Source: a virus
Taxonomy: Duplodnaviria; Caudoviricetes
IMG/VR virus record: IMGVR_UViG_3300046791_000095
Coordinates: 673 to 64,672 of that record
Reading direction: 5' to 3' (one strand)
Length of the DNA: 64,000 nt
Made by a program: the position numbers and the translations under genes
Notes under the pieces: model-generated
Databases searched by the model: none
What the model saw: only the letters and a program-made list of their open reading frames with translations
What the model was told of the DNA's origin: nothing
In this document: positions 1-9,438 of the stretch, one piece after another
Numbering within the stretch: position 1 is the first letter of the stretch
Layout: each line of letters begins with the position of its first letter

Positions 1-12
1 ACATGGCACCGC

Positions 13-495
13 GTGGCAAGGCCGGACAGAAGTCGTAGCCTCGCGCGTCCACCCAGGAACTTCCTCGACGTGCTCGTCGAGATGCATGACCTCAACCCGA
101 TCAACAGGAGCGCACGCATGAAGCGCAAGATGAAGAAGCTCGAAGCGGACCTTGCCAAGGTGAAGAAGCCCGAGAAGGTGAAGATGACCAAGGCCCGCCT
201 CGTGGGTGGTCCTCTCGACGGTGCCCTACTGGAGGTGCCCAAGAGTATCGAGACTATCGCCTTCGGTCCGAAGGGCTGTGCTTTCTGGCACTACGACTTT
301 GCGGGCTACGATGGCACCGTGTCGATGTTCGCCAAGCGTCGCACCGAGCGCATCGCTCGCCGTTTCATCATGTGGTACATCGGTGAGCACAAGCGTCACC
401 CGGACGTGATGCGCGAGGGTGGCAAGGAGAAGCCGATGCGCAACCCGGATCGACAGGCTCATGGTCGGGGTGCAGCGAAGCGTCGTGCTGCATGA
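13..495 (+). CDS. hypothetical basic protein (true start probably GTG70 or ATG82)
   Basis: Open frame with phage-like codon usage; stop overlaps next start (ATGA). Confidence 0.6.
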   Translation: MARPDRSRSLARPPRNFLDVLVEMHDLNPINRSARMKRKMKKLEADLAKVKKPEKVKMTKARLVGGPLDGALLEVPKSIETIAFGPKGCAFWHYDFAGYDGTVSMFAKRRTERIARRFIMWYIGEHKRHPDVMREGGKEKPMRNPDRQAHGRGAAKRRAA

Positions 496-758
496 CCACC
501 ATCATCCTCACTGGAATCCAGAAGCCCGCAGGCAGGAAGACCGAGTACCTCCGTGTCTTCGGCCACGACGTGAACGACACGGCTGCGCGGGTTGTTGAGG
601 TTGCACTCCCTGTCAAGGAGGTGGAGGACATCCTCCAAGAGATGAAGAGAACGCGCGCTTTCCCCGAGATCACCATCCCTGACTGGGGCTGGTGTCGCGT
701 TCTCAACACGGGCGTGATCGACATCCTCAAGATCGACCCGATGGGCGGCCTAGCATGA
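492..758 (+). CDS. hypothetical protein
   Basis: ATGA-coupled to both neighbours. Confidence 0.65.
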   Translation: MTTIILTGIQKPAGRKTEYLRVFGHDVNDTAARVVEVALPVKEVEDILQEMKRTRAFPEITIPDWGWCRVLNTGVIDILKIDPMGGLA

Positions 759-1177
759 CGCGCGACTTCCTTCCCTCACCGGGTGGACATGCAGTGCATG
801 CGCCCATCGAGAAGAGTGCTCAGGGTCACCCTGTCGTGGACAACAAGGTCCTGCCGCTCGACACCGGGCAGCAGGACAATCGTCTTGGCAGGATGGACAA
901 GGAGTTCGCGACGATGGAGGAGTGGTATCATCCCTTCCTCGAAACGACTCTCCACGAGATCGGACAGGAGATTCAGGAGATGAAGTTCAACGGCAAGCTC
1001 AGACCCTTCACCGAGGGTGAGCCCATCGGGGGCCTCCCTCGTCGAGTTCGACAGAAGCCGATGTCGAAGGCCATGATTCATATCTACCACACCGAGAGGA
1101 TGGAGCGTCATCGTGCCGACATGCTTGCGGCGCGGAAGAAGAACGATCTATCTATGCTGGAGGTGTTGAATGGATGA
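755..1177 (+). CDS. hypothetical protein
   Basis: ATG755 overlaps upstream stop; 140 aa. Confidence 0.6.
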   Translation: MTRDFLPSPGGHAVHAPIEKSAQGHPVVDNKVLPLDTGQQDNRLGRMDKEFATMEEWYHPFLETTLHEIGQEIQEMKFNGKLRPFTEGEPIGGLPRRVRQKPMSKAMIHIYHTERMERHRADMLAARKKNDLSMLEVLNG

Positions 1178-1625
1178 GGACCTGCGTGCGTTTCGGAACA
1201 AGCTGCTCGAAGCGCGCACCGAACTGATCGCCGAGTTGCGCAAGATCACTGGCCCGGTGTACAAGCTCATCAACGCCATCGATTCCGAGACCGGCGTGAT
1301 GCTCAAGGAACTGAGTGACAGTGAGAGTGCACCAGTCACTCGCAAGATCACTGTACGTCCGGGTGAACCGTTGGAGCAGGTGCCGATGCCATTGCCGGCG
1401 CCCAAGCTGGAGCCAGGAAAGCGCGCATGCAGTCTATGCCATCATCCCGGACATCGAGCGACCAACTGTCCCAACGCACACATCGTCCGTGAGCAGGAGG
1501 TGGCGAAGAAGATTGAGTCGCCCGCCAAGAAGGCTCGCGCACCGATGTCACCCGAGCGCAAGGCTCAACTCGTCGCTGCCTTGAAGAAGGCTCGTGCAGC
1601 CCGGGGCAAGAAGGGAAGAAAGTGA
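1170..1625 (+). CDS. CCHC zinc-knuckle nucleic-acid-binding protein
   Basis: CSLCHHPGHRATNC (CX2CX4HX4C), basic C-terminus, GGAGG RBS. Confidence 0.7.
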   Translation: MDEDLRAFRNKLLEARTELIAELRKITGPVYKLINAIDSETGVMLKELSDSESAPVTRKITVRPGEPLEQVPMPLPAPKLEPGKRACSLCHHPGHRATNCPNAHIVREQEVAKKIESPAKKARAPMSPERKAQLVAALKKARAARGKKGRK

Positions 1626-1734
1626 TCCCGGCCCTCGTGGTAGTTGGCTTCATCTGGCTCGCAATCCACAATCACCGCAACCCTGAACCTCGTCACCCTT
1701 GGTGGGAGACGTGGGAACGCATGAAGGAGAAGTC

Positions 1735-1989
1735 ATGACGAGCTACGATGCAAAGGCGCAGATCAAGGCTGGCATCACGCAGCACCTCGCGGGCGCTATC
1801 ACTCGACTCGCTCTCGACGAGATCGTGAATGGGACGGTGGACGACCTCGTGAATGAACACACTGACTTCCTCGATGATGATGATGACTGGGACGTTGAGG
1901 ACTACCTCAATGACATCGTCGATGAGGACGACGAGCGAGGAGACTTCATCAATCCCCTGAGAGAGCGTCTCGATGACGACAATCGCTAG
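1735..1989 (+). CDS. small highly acidic protein (possible DNA mimic)
   Basis: AAGGAG RBS; Asp/Glu-rich C-terminal half (DDDDDWDVEDYLNDIVDEDDE). Confidence 0.65.
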   Translation: MTSYDAKAQIKAGITQHLAGAITRLALDEIVNGTVDDLVNEHTDFLDDDDDWDVEDYLNDIVDEDDERGDFINPLRERLDDDNR

Positions 1990-2170
1990 CCTCATTCCTC
2001 TCATCCACGCGGTTCCTCATGGGTGTGTTGTCACCCTCACCTCGATCAACCTCCCCGATAACCAACGAGGGAGCATCTACGGCAGCGTCATCTACGGCAG
2101 GGGTCCTACCTCGCGTGTGTTCCACAGCGAAGAGGAACTCCTGACGATCTTGAAGGGAGCGGCAAAATGA
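1973..2170 (+). CDS. hypothetical protein
   Basis: Fills gap, coupled to next gene. Confidence 0.5.
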   Translation: MTTIASLIPLIHAVPHGCVVTLTSINLPDNQRGSIYGSVIYGRGPTSRVFHSEEELLTILKGAAK

Positions 2171-2592
2171 GTAACGACGGAGAACTCAGTGTCGGTGGAG
2201 TGGTGGCAATCGTGTTGGTCTCGATCATCCTCCTCATCGGCGCGGTCTGCGGCTGTCTGATCGGTGGTCCGCAGTATCGCGTGTGGCAGCAGCGTCTCGA
2301 AGGTGAGGCCGAGTTGGCGCGCGCATCGTACAACCGGCAGGTGAGCGTGCAAGAGGCGAACGCCAAGATGGAAGCGGCGAAGTCTCTCGCTCAGGCTGAC
2401 ATCATCCGGGCCGAGGGCGCTGCAAAGGCGAACGTGATCCTCGGGAACAGCCTCAAGGGCAACGAGGACTACCTGCGCTACCTCTGGATTCAGGGTCTCG
2501 ACTCGGGGAAGAATGCGCCGAGCGTGATCTACGTGCCGACCGAAGCTGGTCTACCGATCCTCGAAGCGGGCAAGCGCGCGGAGGTCAAGTGA
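2167..2592 (+). CDS. membrane-anchored SPFH/band-7-like phage protein
   Basis: N-terminal TM helix, Ala-rich coiled coil (AEGAAKAN..LG.SL), C-terminal VIYVPTEAGLPILEAG. Confidence 0.7.
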   Translation: MSNDGELSVGGVVAIVLVSIILLIGAVCGCLIGGPQYRVWQQRLEGEAELARASYNRQVSVQEANAKMEAAKSLAQADIIRAEGAAKANVILGNSLKGNEDYLRYLWIQGLDSGKNAPSVIYVPTEAGLPILEAGKRAEVK

Positions 2593-3020
2593 GCGAGGAA
2601 CCGATCATCGACCCGAAGGAAGCGAATGGCTGGATCGGGGTGGACTTCGATGCCACCCTCGCCGAGTATCACGGGTGGGACATCTCGAAGGGCGCCCTCG
2701 GACCGGCGATTCCCAGGATGATGGCCCGTGTGCGTGCGTGGCTCAAGGCTGGTCGCGAGGTGCGCATCATGACGGCCCGCACTGGCGAGGAGCAGGAGCT
2801 TCTCATCCAGACGTGGCTCCATGACAACGGGCTGCCCAAGCTCCCGATCACGAATCAGAAGGATCGGATGATGTACCAGCTTTGGGATGACCGCGCGATT
2901 CAGGTCCGCTCGAACACGGGCGAGACTGTGGACGAGGAAGTCATCCGACTGAAGCGGGAACTCAAGCGGGTCTACGACTCGCTGCGTGCGTTCAAGCAGA
3001 CGCTGGAGGAGATCGAATGA
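2589..3020 (+). CDS. HAD-superfamily phosphatase (Pnkp 3'-phosphatase-like)
   Basis: DFDATL motif I, TAR motif II, K...WDDR motifs III/IV. Confidence 0.7.
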   Translation: MSEEPIIDPKEANGWIGVDFDATLAEYHGWDISKGALGPAIPRMMARVRAWLKAGREVRIMTARTGEEQELLIQTWLHDNGLPKLPITNQKDRMMYQLWDDRAIQVRSNTGETVDEEVIRLKRELKRVYDSLRAFKQTLEEIE

Positions 3021-3751
3021 AACTCTACCTCGTAGGCGGGGCGGTTCGTGACTACGCCCTCGGTGTGAAGGGGACGAAGGACTACGACTTCGCTGTCGAG
3101 GCGGATTCGTACAAAGACATGGTTGTTGGCTTGCGCGCTGCTGGTGCAACCATCTGGCAGGAGCGACTTGAGTTCGTGACGGTCCGGGCTCAGTTCCCTG
3201 TGGTGCTCGGCTCTTTCGGCGGGCTGCTCCCGACGGGCAGTCGTGTCGTTGATGCTGACTTCACGCTCTGCCGGGCTGAGACTCAGTATTCGGACCTACG
3301 TCATCCTGACACGGTGACGCCTGCCACTCTCGATGTCGATCTCAGCCGGCGTGACTTCACGATGAATGCGATGGCTGTGGGTGAGAATGGTCAGTGGCAC
3401 GATCCGTACAACGGATGGGATGACGCTGAGGATCATGTCCTCAAGACGGTCGGACATCCTCAAGACCGGTTCACCGAGGACCCACTTCGGATGCTGCGGG
3501 CTCTCCGCTTCGCCATCAAGTACAACCTGCGCTTCAACGCTACTCTCGCGGCTGTGCTGGACGACAGGAGGCTTCTACGCGGGATCGAGACTCTTCCGGC
3601 CGAGCGGGTGCGCGAGGAGTTGAACAAGGCTTTCAGTGCGGACAGCTACCGCACGATGTATTACCTGATGACCCGCTTCCCGGAACTTGGTGCAGCCGTC
3701 GCCACCTATCACCCGAACCTCAAGCTCAAGGTGGTTCAGGAGGGAATGTGA
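3017..3751 (+). CDS. cca: class II tRNA nucleotidyltransferase (CCA-adding / poly(A) polymerase family)
   Basis: LYLVGGAVRD, DYD, RRDFTMNAMA, EDPLRMLRALRF, ERVREE motifs. Confidence 0.9.
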   Translation: MKLYLVGGAVRDYALGVKGTKDYDFAVEADSYKDMVVGLRAAGATIWQERLEFVTVRAQFPVVLGSFGGLLPTGSRVVDADFTLCRAETQYSDLRHPDTVTPATLDVDLSRRDFTMNAMAVGENGQWHDPYNGWDDAEDHVLKTVGHPQDRFTEDPLRMLRALRFAIKYNLRFNATLAAVLDDRRLLRGIETLPAERVREELNKAFSADSYRTMYYLMTRFPELGAAVATYHPNLKLKVVQEGM

Positions 3752-3993
3752 GCAGATACACGAAACGAGAGTGGGTCGGCTTCACTCTCAACATCGCCGC
3801 GTGGTTGTTCTTCATCTGGCTGGCCTCGACCGAACATCGAACCTGGCCGACGACCAAGCCGGTGCTGGTGCAGCGAAGCGTGCAGGAGTTCTCGACGCGC
3901 CTCGATGCGGATGAGCGGCTCTGGTACCTGATTCCGGCCGACAGCATCGAGGTTCTCCCCGATCCGCGCTCCCTCGCTTGGCGCGGCTTCTAA
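3748..3993 (+). CDS. small membrane protein
   Basis: GTGA overlap; one hydrophobic segment. Confidence 0.5.
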   Translation: MSRYTKREWVGFTLNIAAWLFFIWLASTEHRTWPTTKPVLVQRSVQEFSTRLDADERLWYLIPADSIEVLPDPRSLAWRGF

Positions 3994-4133
3994 CTTGTAA
4001 TGTAAGGGAGACGAGAACAAGAAGATAGGGCGGTCTTCACCGCCGCCCCTCTTCTCCCTGTTCTCCCGCGCCTAACAACTTCTTGTCTTGCCCTCCGGGG
4101 CTGGACGTGAGACTATGGTCTGGGGAGGTATCC

Positions 4134-4487
4134 ATGCCATCACAACATCCGGGCGATGACGGGCGGAGCGCGTGGAACCGTGGCCCCGAGATCATCGCTG
4201 CTGAGCAACGCATCCTGACGTACGCCGACGCACTCCTCTCGTGGTGTCGGGCTTCTACGTTCGATACGCAGTACATGGTCAAGCTCGCAGACTTCTTCAC
4301 GCACACCCGCAAGTACAATCCTGGGGGTGAGCCTGTGCCGATGGGTGAGACCACGGCATGGATGCTTGAACGGCTTGATCCCGACGCGAACCGTTTTCTT
4401 GTTGAACTCATGAGGGCTGCATGGGAACTGAGATGCTGGAAGGAACGCTACGGAGAGATCACGAAGGAGGAGAAGGATCGGCTATGA
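4134..4487 (+). CDS. hypothetical protein
   Basis: GGAGGT RBS before ATG4134; coupled to next gene. Confidence 0.6.
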   Translation: MPSQHPGDDGRSAWNRGPEIIAAEQRILTYADALLSWCRASTFDTQYMVKLADFFTHTRKYNPGGEPVPMGETTAWMLERLDPDANRFLVELMRAAWELRCWKERYGEITKEEKDRL

Positions 4488-5227
4488 AGCGGACCTTCGT
4501 TGTCGGTGACGTGCATGGCAGCATCGAGCGTCTCATCGAACTGCTCCTCAAAGCTGGATGCATGCGAGAGACCTACCCGAACTCTGACATGCAGATTGAC
4601 TGGGATGGCTACAAGATGAATCCCGGGATCGAGGTCGTGCAGGTGGGCGACCTTGGTGACTTCGGACAGCAGGACCCGACGCGTGACTGGATGTGCTACA
4701 CGTTCGCGAGAGCACTCGGCATCACCGTCCTCATGGGCAATCACGACGCCGCGTGCTTCGACACCTTCTCTCATTCGTTCCGAGGTTATCGTACACCTTC
4801 ATTCCAAACGCTCATGGTGATGCGAGAGGTCAGTCCCAAGCTGGCAGTAGCGCGCAGTGGGTACCTGATCACTCACGCCGGTCTCCATCCGTCCTACATG
4901 CCGGTGAAAGCTACGCCGGAAGAACTGGCTCTGGCCTTGAGTTCAGCGGGTCAGCTTCCTGTCGTCACGGACATCGGCCCTCCTCGGGGTGGGTTCGCGA
5001 AGCAGGGTGGAATCCTCTGGCGTGATGATCGCGAGGACCTCTACGACGTACCGCAGATTTACGGACACACCTCGGGCATGATGCGCAAGCACGGACGATC
5101 CTACTGTATCGACGTGGGCAACAAGACCAACGGGTCTCTCGCCGGCATCTGGCTCGACACGCAGCAGATCGTCGCCATTGGTCCCGATGCGAAGATGCAC
5201 GAGACCCCTTTCCCGGAGGATGCGTGA
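4484..5227 (+). CDS. calcineurin-like metallophosphoesterase
   Basis: GDVHG, GDLGD, GNHD, HAG, GHT motifs. Confidence 0.9.
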   Translation: MKRTFVVGDVHGSIERLIELLLKAGCMRETYPNSDMQIDWDGYKMNPGIEVVQVGDLGDFGQQDPTRDWMCYTFARALGITVLMGNHDAACFDTFSHSFRGYRTPSFQTLMVMREVSPKLAVARSGYLITHAGLHPSYMPVKATPEELALALSSAGQLPVVTDIGPPRGGFAKQGGILWRDDREDLYDVPQIYGHTSGMMRKHGRSYCIDVGNKTNGSLAGIWLDTQQIVAIGPDAKMHETPFPEDA

Positions 5228-6441
5228 AGAAGTCTCATCCACTCCTCGTCGGAATCGAGAACGTCAAACCCTACAAGCTGACCGAGGGCCACGAGATGTA
5301 CAGCGTGCGCCCTCCTGCCATGCAGATCGAGGACTTCCTCCCTGTTGGCGGCGTGATGGGCATGACCTCGTATCCCGGCGTAGGCAAGACCTGGCTCGCT
5401 CTGGAGATCGCCCGGTCCGTAGCATCAGGCACACCGTTCCTCGGCCGATACAAGGCGATGAGGGGCGGTGTTCTTTTCGTTGGTTCCGACTCCTCTCTCT
5501 ACGACTACGCTCGACAGTGGACGCGCCTCACGCGCAACACCGAGGACGCAGTCAACGTGTTCGAGCCGGTTCGCTTCCTCGTGCAGTCCACCTTCATGTT
5601 CGAGGACCGCGACGAGATCAGGAAGCTCATCCGCACGCACCAGAAGTTCGAGTGGGGCGAGACTACCATCGGTCCGAAGGGACCTGAACGCGAGCATGGC
5701 TTCCACACGCTCGTCTTCGACACGGTCTCTCGCCTCACTCGCGCGAATCAGAACGACAACACCGAGATGGAAGAGGTCTTCCGGAACATCCGCATGCTGG
5801 CCGAGGCGACCGACTGTGCCATCGTCCTGCTGCACCACAACTCGAAGAAGAGCGAGTACAACGACGGCTCCGATTGGCGTGGTGCCATGTCGCAGATCGG
5901 CGCCCTCGATTCGTGGGTGCAACTCTCGCCGCACCGGAAGGACAAGCACCTCGTCGGAATCCAGTTCAAGAAGTTCCGTGGCATCACGCCACCCGACTTC
6001 TCTTACCGCATGGCAGTGAGTGATCCGGCGTCCGCGAGTCTCTCCATCACGGATGAGCCCGTGACTACCGCACAGAAGATGCAGCATGACGTGGTCGCAG
6101 ACGCCGTGAAGGAGTTCATCGTACAGCATCCGGGAAGACGGGCGTGCGAGATTCGCGATGCTCTGTGGCCCAAGTTTCAGGTTGGCGTTGCTGAGGTCAA
6201 TGGCACGACGACGGCCTTCCCGGTGATCAAGGATTTCACCACCGCAGTGAACAACCGCCTCGCAGCGATGATGCAGGTACAAGTGATCAAGCGTCGGCAG
6301 AACAATGAGGGCAAGGCGGTCTACACCGTCGTTACTCCACAATCAACCGAGGGAGCCCCGGCTCCTGCTACGGGAGAACAGAGTGAAGTCAGAACATCTC
6401 GGCGTCGTCGTCGTAAGGCTGCAAGTCCCGCGTCTGCATGA
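5224..6441 (+). CDS. RepA-like SF4/AAA replicative helicase
   Basis: Walker A PGVGKT, Walker B LVFDT, LLHH, RGAM..IGALDS, KKFR. Confidence 0.8.
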   Translation: MKKSHPLLVGIENVKPYKLTEGHEMYSVRPPAMQIEDFLPVGGVMGMTSYPGVGKTWLALEIARSVASGTPFLGRYKAMRGGVLFVGSDSSLYDYARQWTRLTRNTEDAVNVFEPVRFLVQSTFMFEDRDEIRKLIRTHQKFEWGETTIGPKGPEREHGFHTLVFDTVSRLTRANQNDNTEMEEVFRNIRMLAEATDCAIVLLHHNSKKSEYNDGSDWRGAMSQIGALDSWVQLSPHRKDKHLVGIQFKKFRGITPPDFSYRMAVSDPASASLSITDEPVTTAQKMQHDVVADAVKEFIVQHPGRRACEIRDALWPKFQVGVAEVNGTTTAFPVIKDFTTAVNNRLAAMMQVQVIKRRQNNEGKAVYTVVTPQSTEGAPAPATGEQSEVRTSRRRRRKAASPASA

Positions 6442-7291
6442 TGGGCATCGGTACCTGCTGAACGCCGTCACGGCGATTCATGAGGATGTCCTTGTTGTCA
6501 TCGGCGAGTCTGAGGCACGCGGAACGATGAAGAACCCGTTGCCCTTCTCTGTCCGTGAAGCTATGGTCAGAGAAGCATACCCGAAGGTGAAAGTCGTGCA
6601 GTTGCGTGACTGCTCCTCAGACGAGAAGTGGTCGTACAATCTCGATACGCGAATTTGGGACGAACGAAGCGGATACGAACTTGGAAAAGGAGCGATGCTG
6701 TACGGTGGCCGTGACAGTTTCCTCAATCATTACCAAGGAGAGTATCCGACGTTTGAACTTCCTCCGGTGCGGCCGATGTCAGGCACAGAAATTCGTGAGG
6801 CTGTTTGCCAGCGGGATAGTGAAGAGTTCCGTGCCGGAATGATCTTCGCAGCGAAGAATCGCTATCCCACATCGTACCAGACGGTGGACGTAGCCATCTT
6901 GAATCAAAGCGAGCAGATTCTCCTCGGAAGAAAGAAGGGTGATGGCGACGCGTGGAGATTCATTGGGGGCTTCGTTAGTCCCAAGGACCCCACGCTTGAA
7001 TACACGGTGATGCGTGAAGTACGAGAAGAGACTGGTCTAGAGGTCGGGTCTCCCCGCTACATCGGTTCTTTCCAGGTGGAGGACTACCGATACCCTTCGG
7101 ACGGTCCAGATAGAATCATGACTGCCCTCTTCACCGTCAAGTACGTATTCGGTTCACCCGAGCCGTCTGACGACATCGACGATTGTTGTTGGTTCTCGTT
7201 ACATGATCTTCCTGACATCGTTCCACAACATCATCCGCTGGTGCATCTACTCCTCGGCTATCGTGCCATGAAAGGACTACCCGATGCTTGA
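6383..7291 (+). CDS. nadM: bifunctional NMN adenylyltransferase / Nudix ADP-ribose pyrophosphatase (NadM-Nudix, NatV-like)
   Basis: RLQ..HDGH, KNPL, SGTEIR, Nudix box GGF...REVREETG; GTG6383 with GGAG RBS. Confidence 0.9.
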   Translation: MKSEHLGVVVVRLQVPRLHDGHRYLLNAVTAIHEDVLVVIGESEARGTMKNPLPFSVREAMVREAYPKVKVVQLRDCSSDEKWSYNLDTRIWDERSGYELGKGAMLYGGRDSFLNHYQGEYPTFELPPVRPMSGTEIREAVCQRDSEEFRAGMIFAAKNRYPTSYQTVDVAILNQSEQILLGRKKGDGDAWRFIGGFVSPKDPTLEYTVMREVREETGLEVGSPRYIGSFQVEDYRYPSDGPDRIMTALFTVKYVFGSPEPSDDIDDCCWFSLHDLPDIVPQHHPLVHLLLGYRAMKGLPDA

Positions 7292-8660
7292 GAACAACAT
7301 CATCCTCGCGACCGACAGCTACAAGGTCACCCACTGGAAGCAGTATCCGAAGGGAACGCAGCGTGTGTTCTCCTTTCTCGAATCTCGGGGTGGCGAGTTC
7401 AAGACCACGACCTTCTTCGGTCTCTCCTACATCATCAAGCGGTTCCTCGCTGGCAAGGTTGTCACTCACGAGAAGATCGCGGAGGCGCGCGAGTTCTTCA
7501 AGCTTCACTTCGGTGACGACACCCTCTTCAATCTGGACGACTGGAACTACATCCTCGCCATGCATGGTGGACAACTCCCGGTCTCCATCCGTGCCATCCC
7601 TGAAGGCACTACCGTTCCCACTGGTAACGTCCTCATGACCATCGAGAACACGGACCCGAACGTGCCGTGGCTCACGAACTACCTAGAAACGATCCTCATG
7701 CAGGTGTGGTACCCGACGACCGTCTGCACCCAGTCGCGTGCGATGAAGCAGGACATCAGTGAGGCAATGAGGTTGTCGGGCGCCGACATGGCTGGTCTCC
7801 CGTTCAAGCTCCACGACTTCGGCTACCGGGGCAGTACTTCGTTCGAGTCGGCCGGCATCGGCGGCTGCGCGCACCTCGTGAACTTCATGGGCACCGACAC
7901 GATGGCTGCCTTGCAGGTCGCTCGAAACTACTACAACGAGCCGATGGCTGGCTTCAGTATCCCCGCTGCCGAGCACAGTACGATGACGGCATGGGGAAAG
8001 ACGAACGAGGCCGAGGCGTACCGGAACATGCTGGAGCAGTTCCCGAAGGGCTTGGTTGCGGTCGTCAGCGATAGCTACGACATCTATCACGCGTGCAGTG
8101 AAATCTGGGGTGACGAGTTGAAGGATCAGGTCCTCAACCGTGACGGTGTCGTCATCATCCGCCCGGACAGTGGTGATCCTGTCAAGGTCATCCTGAGTCT
8201 GCTGAGCATCCTGGGTGACAAGTTCGGGGTCTCGACGACGAGTACGGGCGACAGAGTTCTGAATCCGAAGGTGCGCCTGATTCAGGGCGACGGGATCGAC
8301 CGAGAGATGTTGACTCACATCCTCGATGCAATGCTCGATGAGAAGTGGTCCATCGACAACATCGCGTTCGGTTCTGGTGGTGGCCTACTCCAGAAGGTGA
8401 ACCGCGATACCTGCAAGTTCGCTCTGAAGTGCAGTGCCATCGAAGTCAATGGCAAGTGGCTTGACGTGATGAAGGACCCGATCACGGACAGTGGGAAGCG
8501 GTCGAAGGCGGGCCGGCTGATCCTCGTCAAGGATAAGGGTGGATACCGGACTGTGCAGGAAGGGAGTAGTGGCTCGAACCTTCTCGAAGAGGTCTTCCGT
8601 AACGGTCAGCACATCCTTCCTCCGACGCTGTCGGGGATTCGGGAGCGAGCTTCGCGCTAA
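7284..8660 (+). CDS. nadV: nicotinamide phosphoribosyltransferase (NAMPT)
   Basis: TDSYKVTH, LHDFGYRG, AAEHS, SDSYD, RPDSGDP, QGDG, FGSGGGLLQK. Confidence 0.95.
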   Translation: MLENNIILATDSYKVTHWKQYPKGTQRVFSFLESRGGEFKTTTFFGLSYIIKRFLAGKVVTHEKIAEAREFFKLHFGDDTLFNLDDWNYILAMHGGQLPVSIRAIPEGTTVPTGNVLMTIENTDPNVPWLTNYLETILMQVWYPTTVCTQSRAMKQDISEAMRLSGADMAGLPFKLHDFGYRGSTSFESAGIGGCAHLVNFMGTDTMAALQVARNYYNEPMAGFSIPAAEHSTMTAWGKTNEAEAYRNMLEQFPKGLVAVVSDSYDIYHACSEIWGDELKDQVLNRDGVVIIRPDSGDPVKVILSLLSILGDKFGVSTTSTGDRVLNPKVRLIQGDGIDREMLTHILDAMLDEKWSIDNIAFGSGGGLLQKVNRDTCKFALKCSAIEVNGKWLDVMKDPITDSGKRSKAGRLILVKDKGGYRTVQEGSSGSNLLEEVFRNGQHILPPTLSGIRERASR

Positions 8661-8932
8661 TGAAGATCAAGCGGATGAAGTTCCTTGGCTACTGCCCGAA
8701 GTGTGGTAAGGACGTAGCTTCGGATTACTGCGATGAGTGTCAGGCATACACCCAGGAACCTGAGGAAGAGGAACCATGCCGGTCTTCACGTACCGATGCC
8801 CCGAAGGGCACGAGTGGGATGAGTTCAGATCGAAGTCGGAAGGCTCAGAAGTATCAGAAGGAAGCTGTCCGACGTGCTCGCCGAGAGAAGAACGCTTCGA
8901 GGCAAACGGACGAAAAGTCCCGGCCAGAGTGA
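8660..8932 (+). CDS. small zinc-ribbon protein (overlaps next gene)
   Basis: CPKC..CDEC; TAATG coupling to nadV. Confidence 0.4.
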   Translation: MKIKRMKFLGYCPKCGKDVASDYCDECQAYTQEPEEEEPCRSSRTDAPKGTSGMSSDRSRKAQKYQKEAVRRARREKNASRQTDEKSRPE

Positions 8933-8994
8933 ACGCATCATTCAAGGGTCGCGGTTGGACTCCAAAGTTCTACCCGAATCGGGAGGGAAAGTGA
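8776..8994 (+). CDS. FmdB-family zinc-ribbon protein
   Basis: MPVFTYRC..GH..CPTC..FKGRGW pattern; GAGG RBS. Confidence 0.75.
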   Translation: MPVFTYRCPEGHEWDEFRSKSEGSEVSEGSCPTCSPREERFEANGRKVPARVNASFKGRGWTPKFYPNREGK

Positions 8995-9131
8995 GCACTG
9001 ATGTCTGGGACAAGATCGCAGAAAAAGCGTTCCGCGAAGCATGCGCCGTCAAGTGCTCCCTCGCTGAGTTCAAGCAAGGACTCAATAGGATTGCGGAGAG
9101 GTTCGCAGAAGAAGCAGAGTACGCAGGCTAG
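8991..9131 (+). CDS. hypothetical small protein
   Basis: GTGA overlap with GGAGG RBS. Confidence 0.5.
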   Translation: MSTDVWDKIAEKAFREACAVKCSLAEFKQGLNRIAERFAEEAEYAG

Positions 9132-9197
9132 ATGTAGTTGCAACTACTGGATCATCATGGCATGCGGCGGATGCGCCGAGTGCCGAGGAGTAAAATC

Positions 9198-9425
9198 ATG
9201 AGCAACTCTCAGCAGTCGTACCAGAGCGGAGGCGTCGGGTTCACCGGCCTTCTCGCCGTTGCGTTCATCGTCCTGAAGCTCATCGGAGTCATTCACTGGT
9301 CGTGGTGGTGGGTCACTGCTCCCCTCTGGGGCGGTCTTGCGATCTTCATCGCGATCATGATCGTCCTGCTTCTCGTCTTGGGCATTGGCGAACTCATTGG
9401 TGGACATCAGCGTCCGCCTCGGTAA
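9198..9425 (+). CDS. small two-TM phage membrane protein
   Basis: GGVGF..LL..FIVLKLIGVIHWSWWWVTAPLW, a widespread phage family pattern. Confidence 0.75.
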   Translation: MSNSQQSYQSGGVGFTGLLAVAFIVLKLIGVIHWSWWWVTAPLWGGLAIFIAIMIVLLLVLGIGELIGGHQRPPR

Positions 9426-9438
9426 GAAAGGAAATTCT

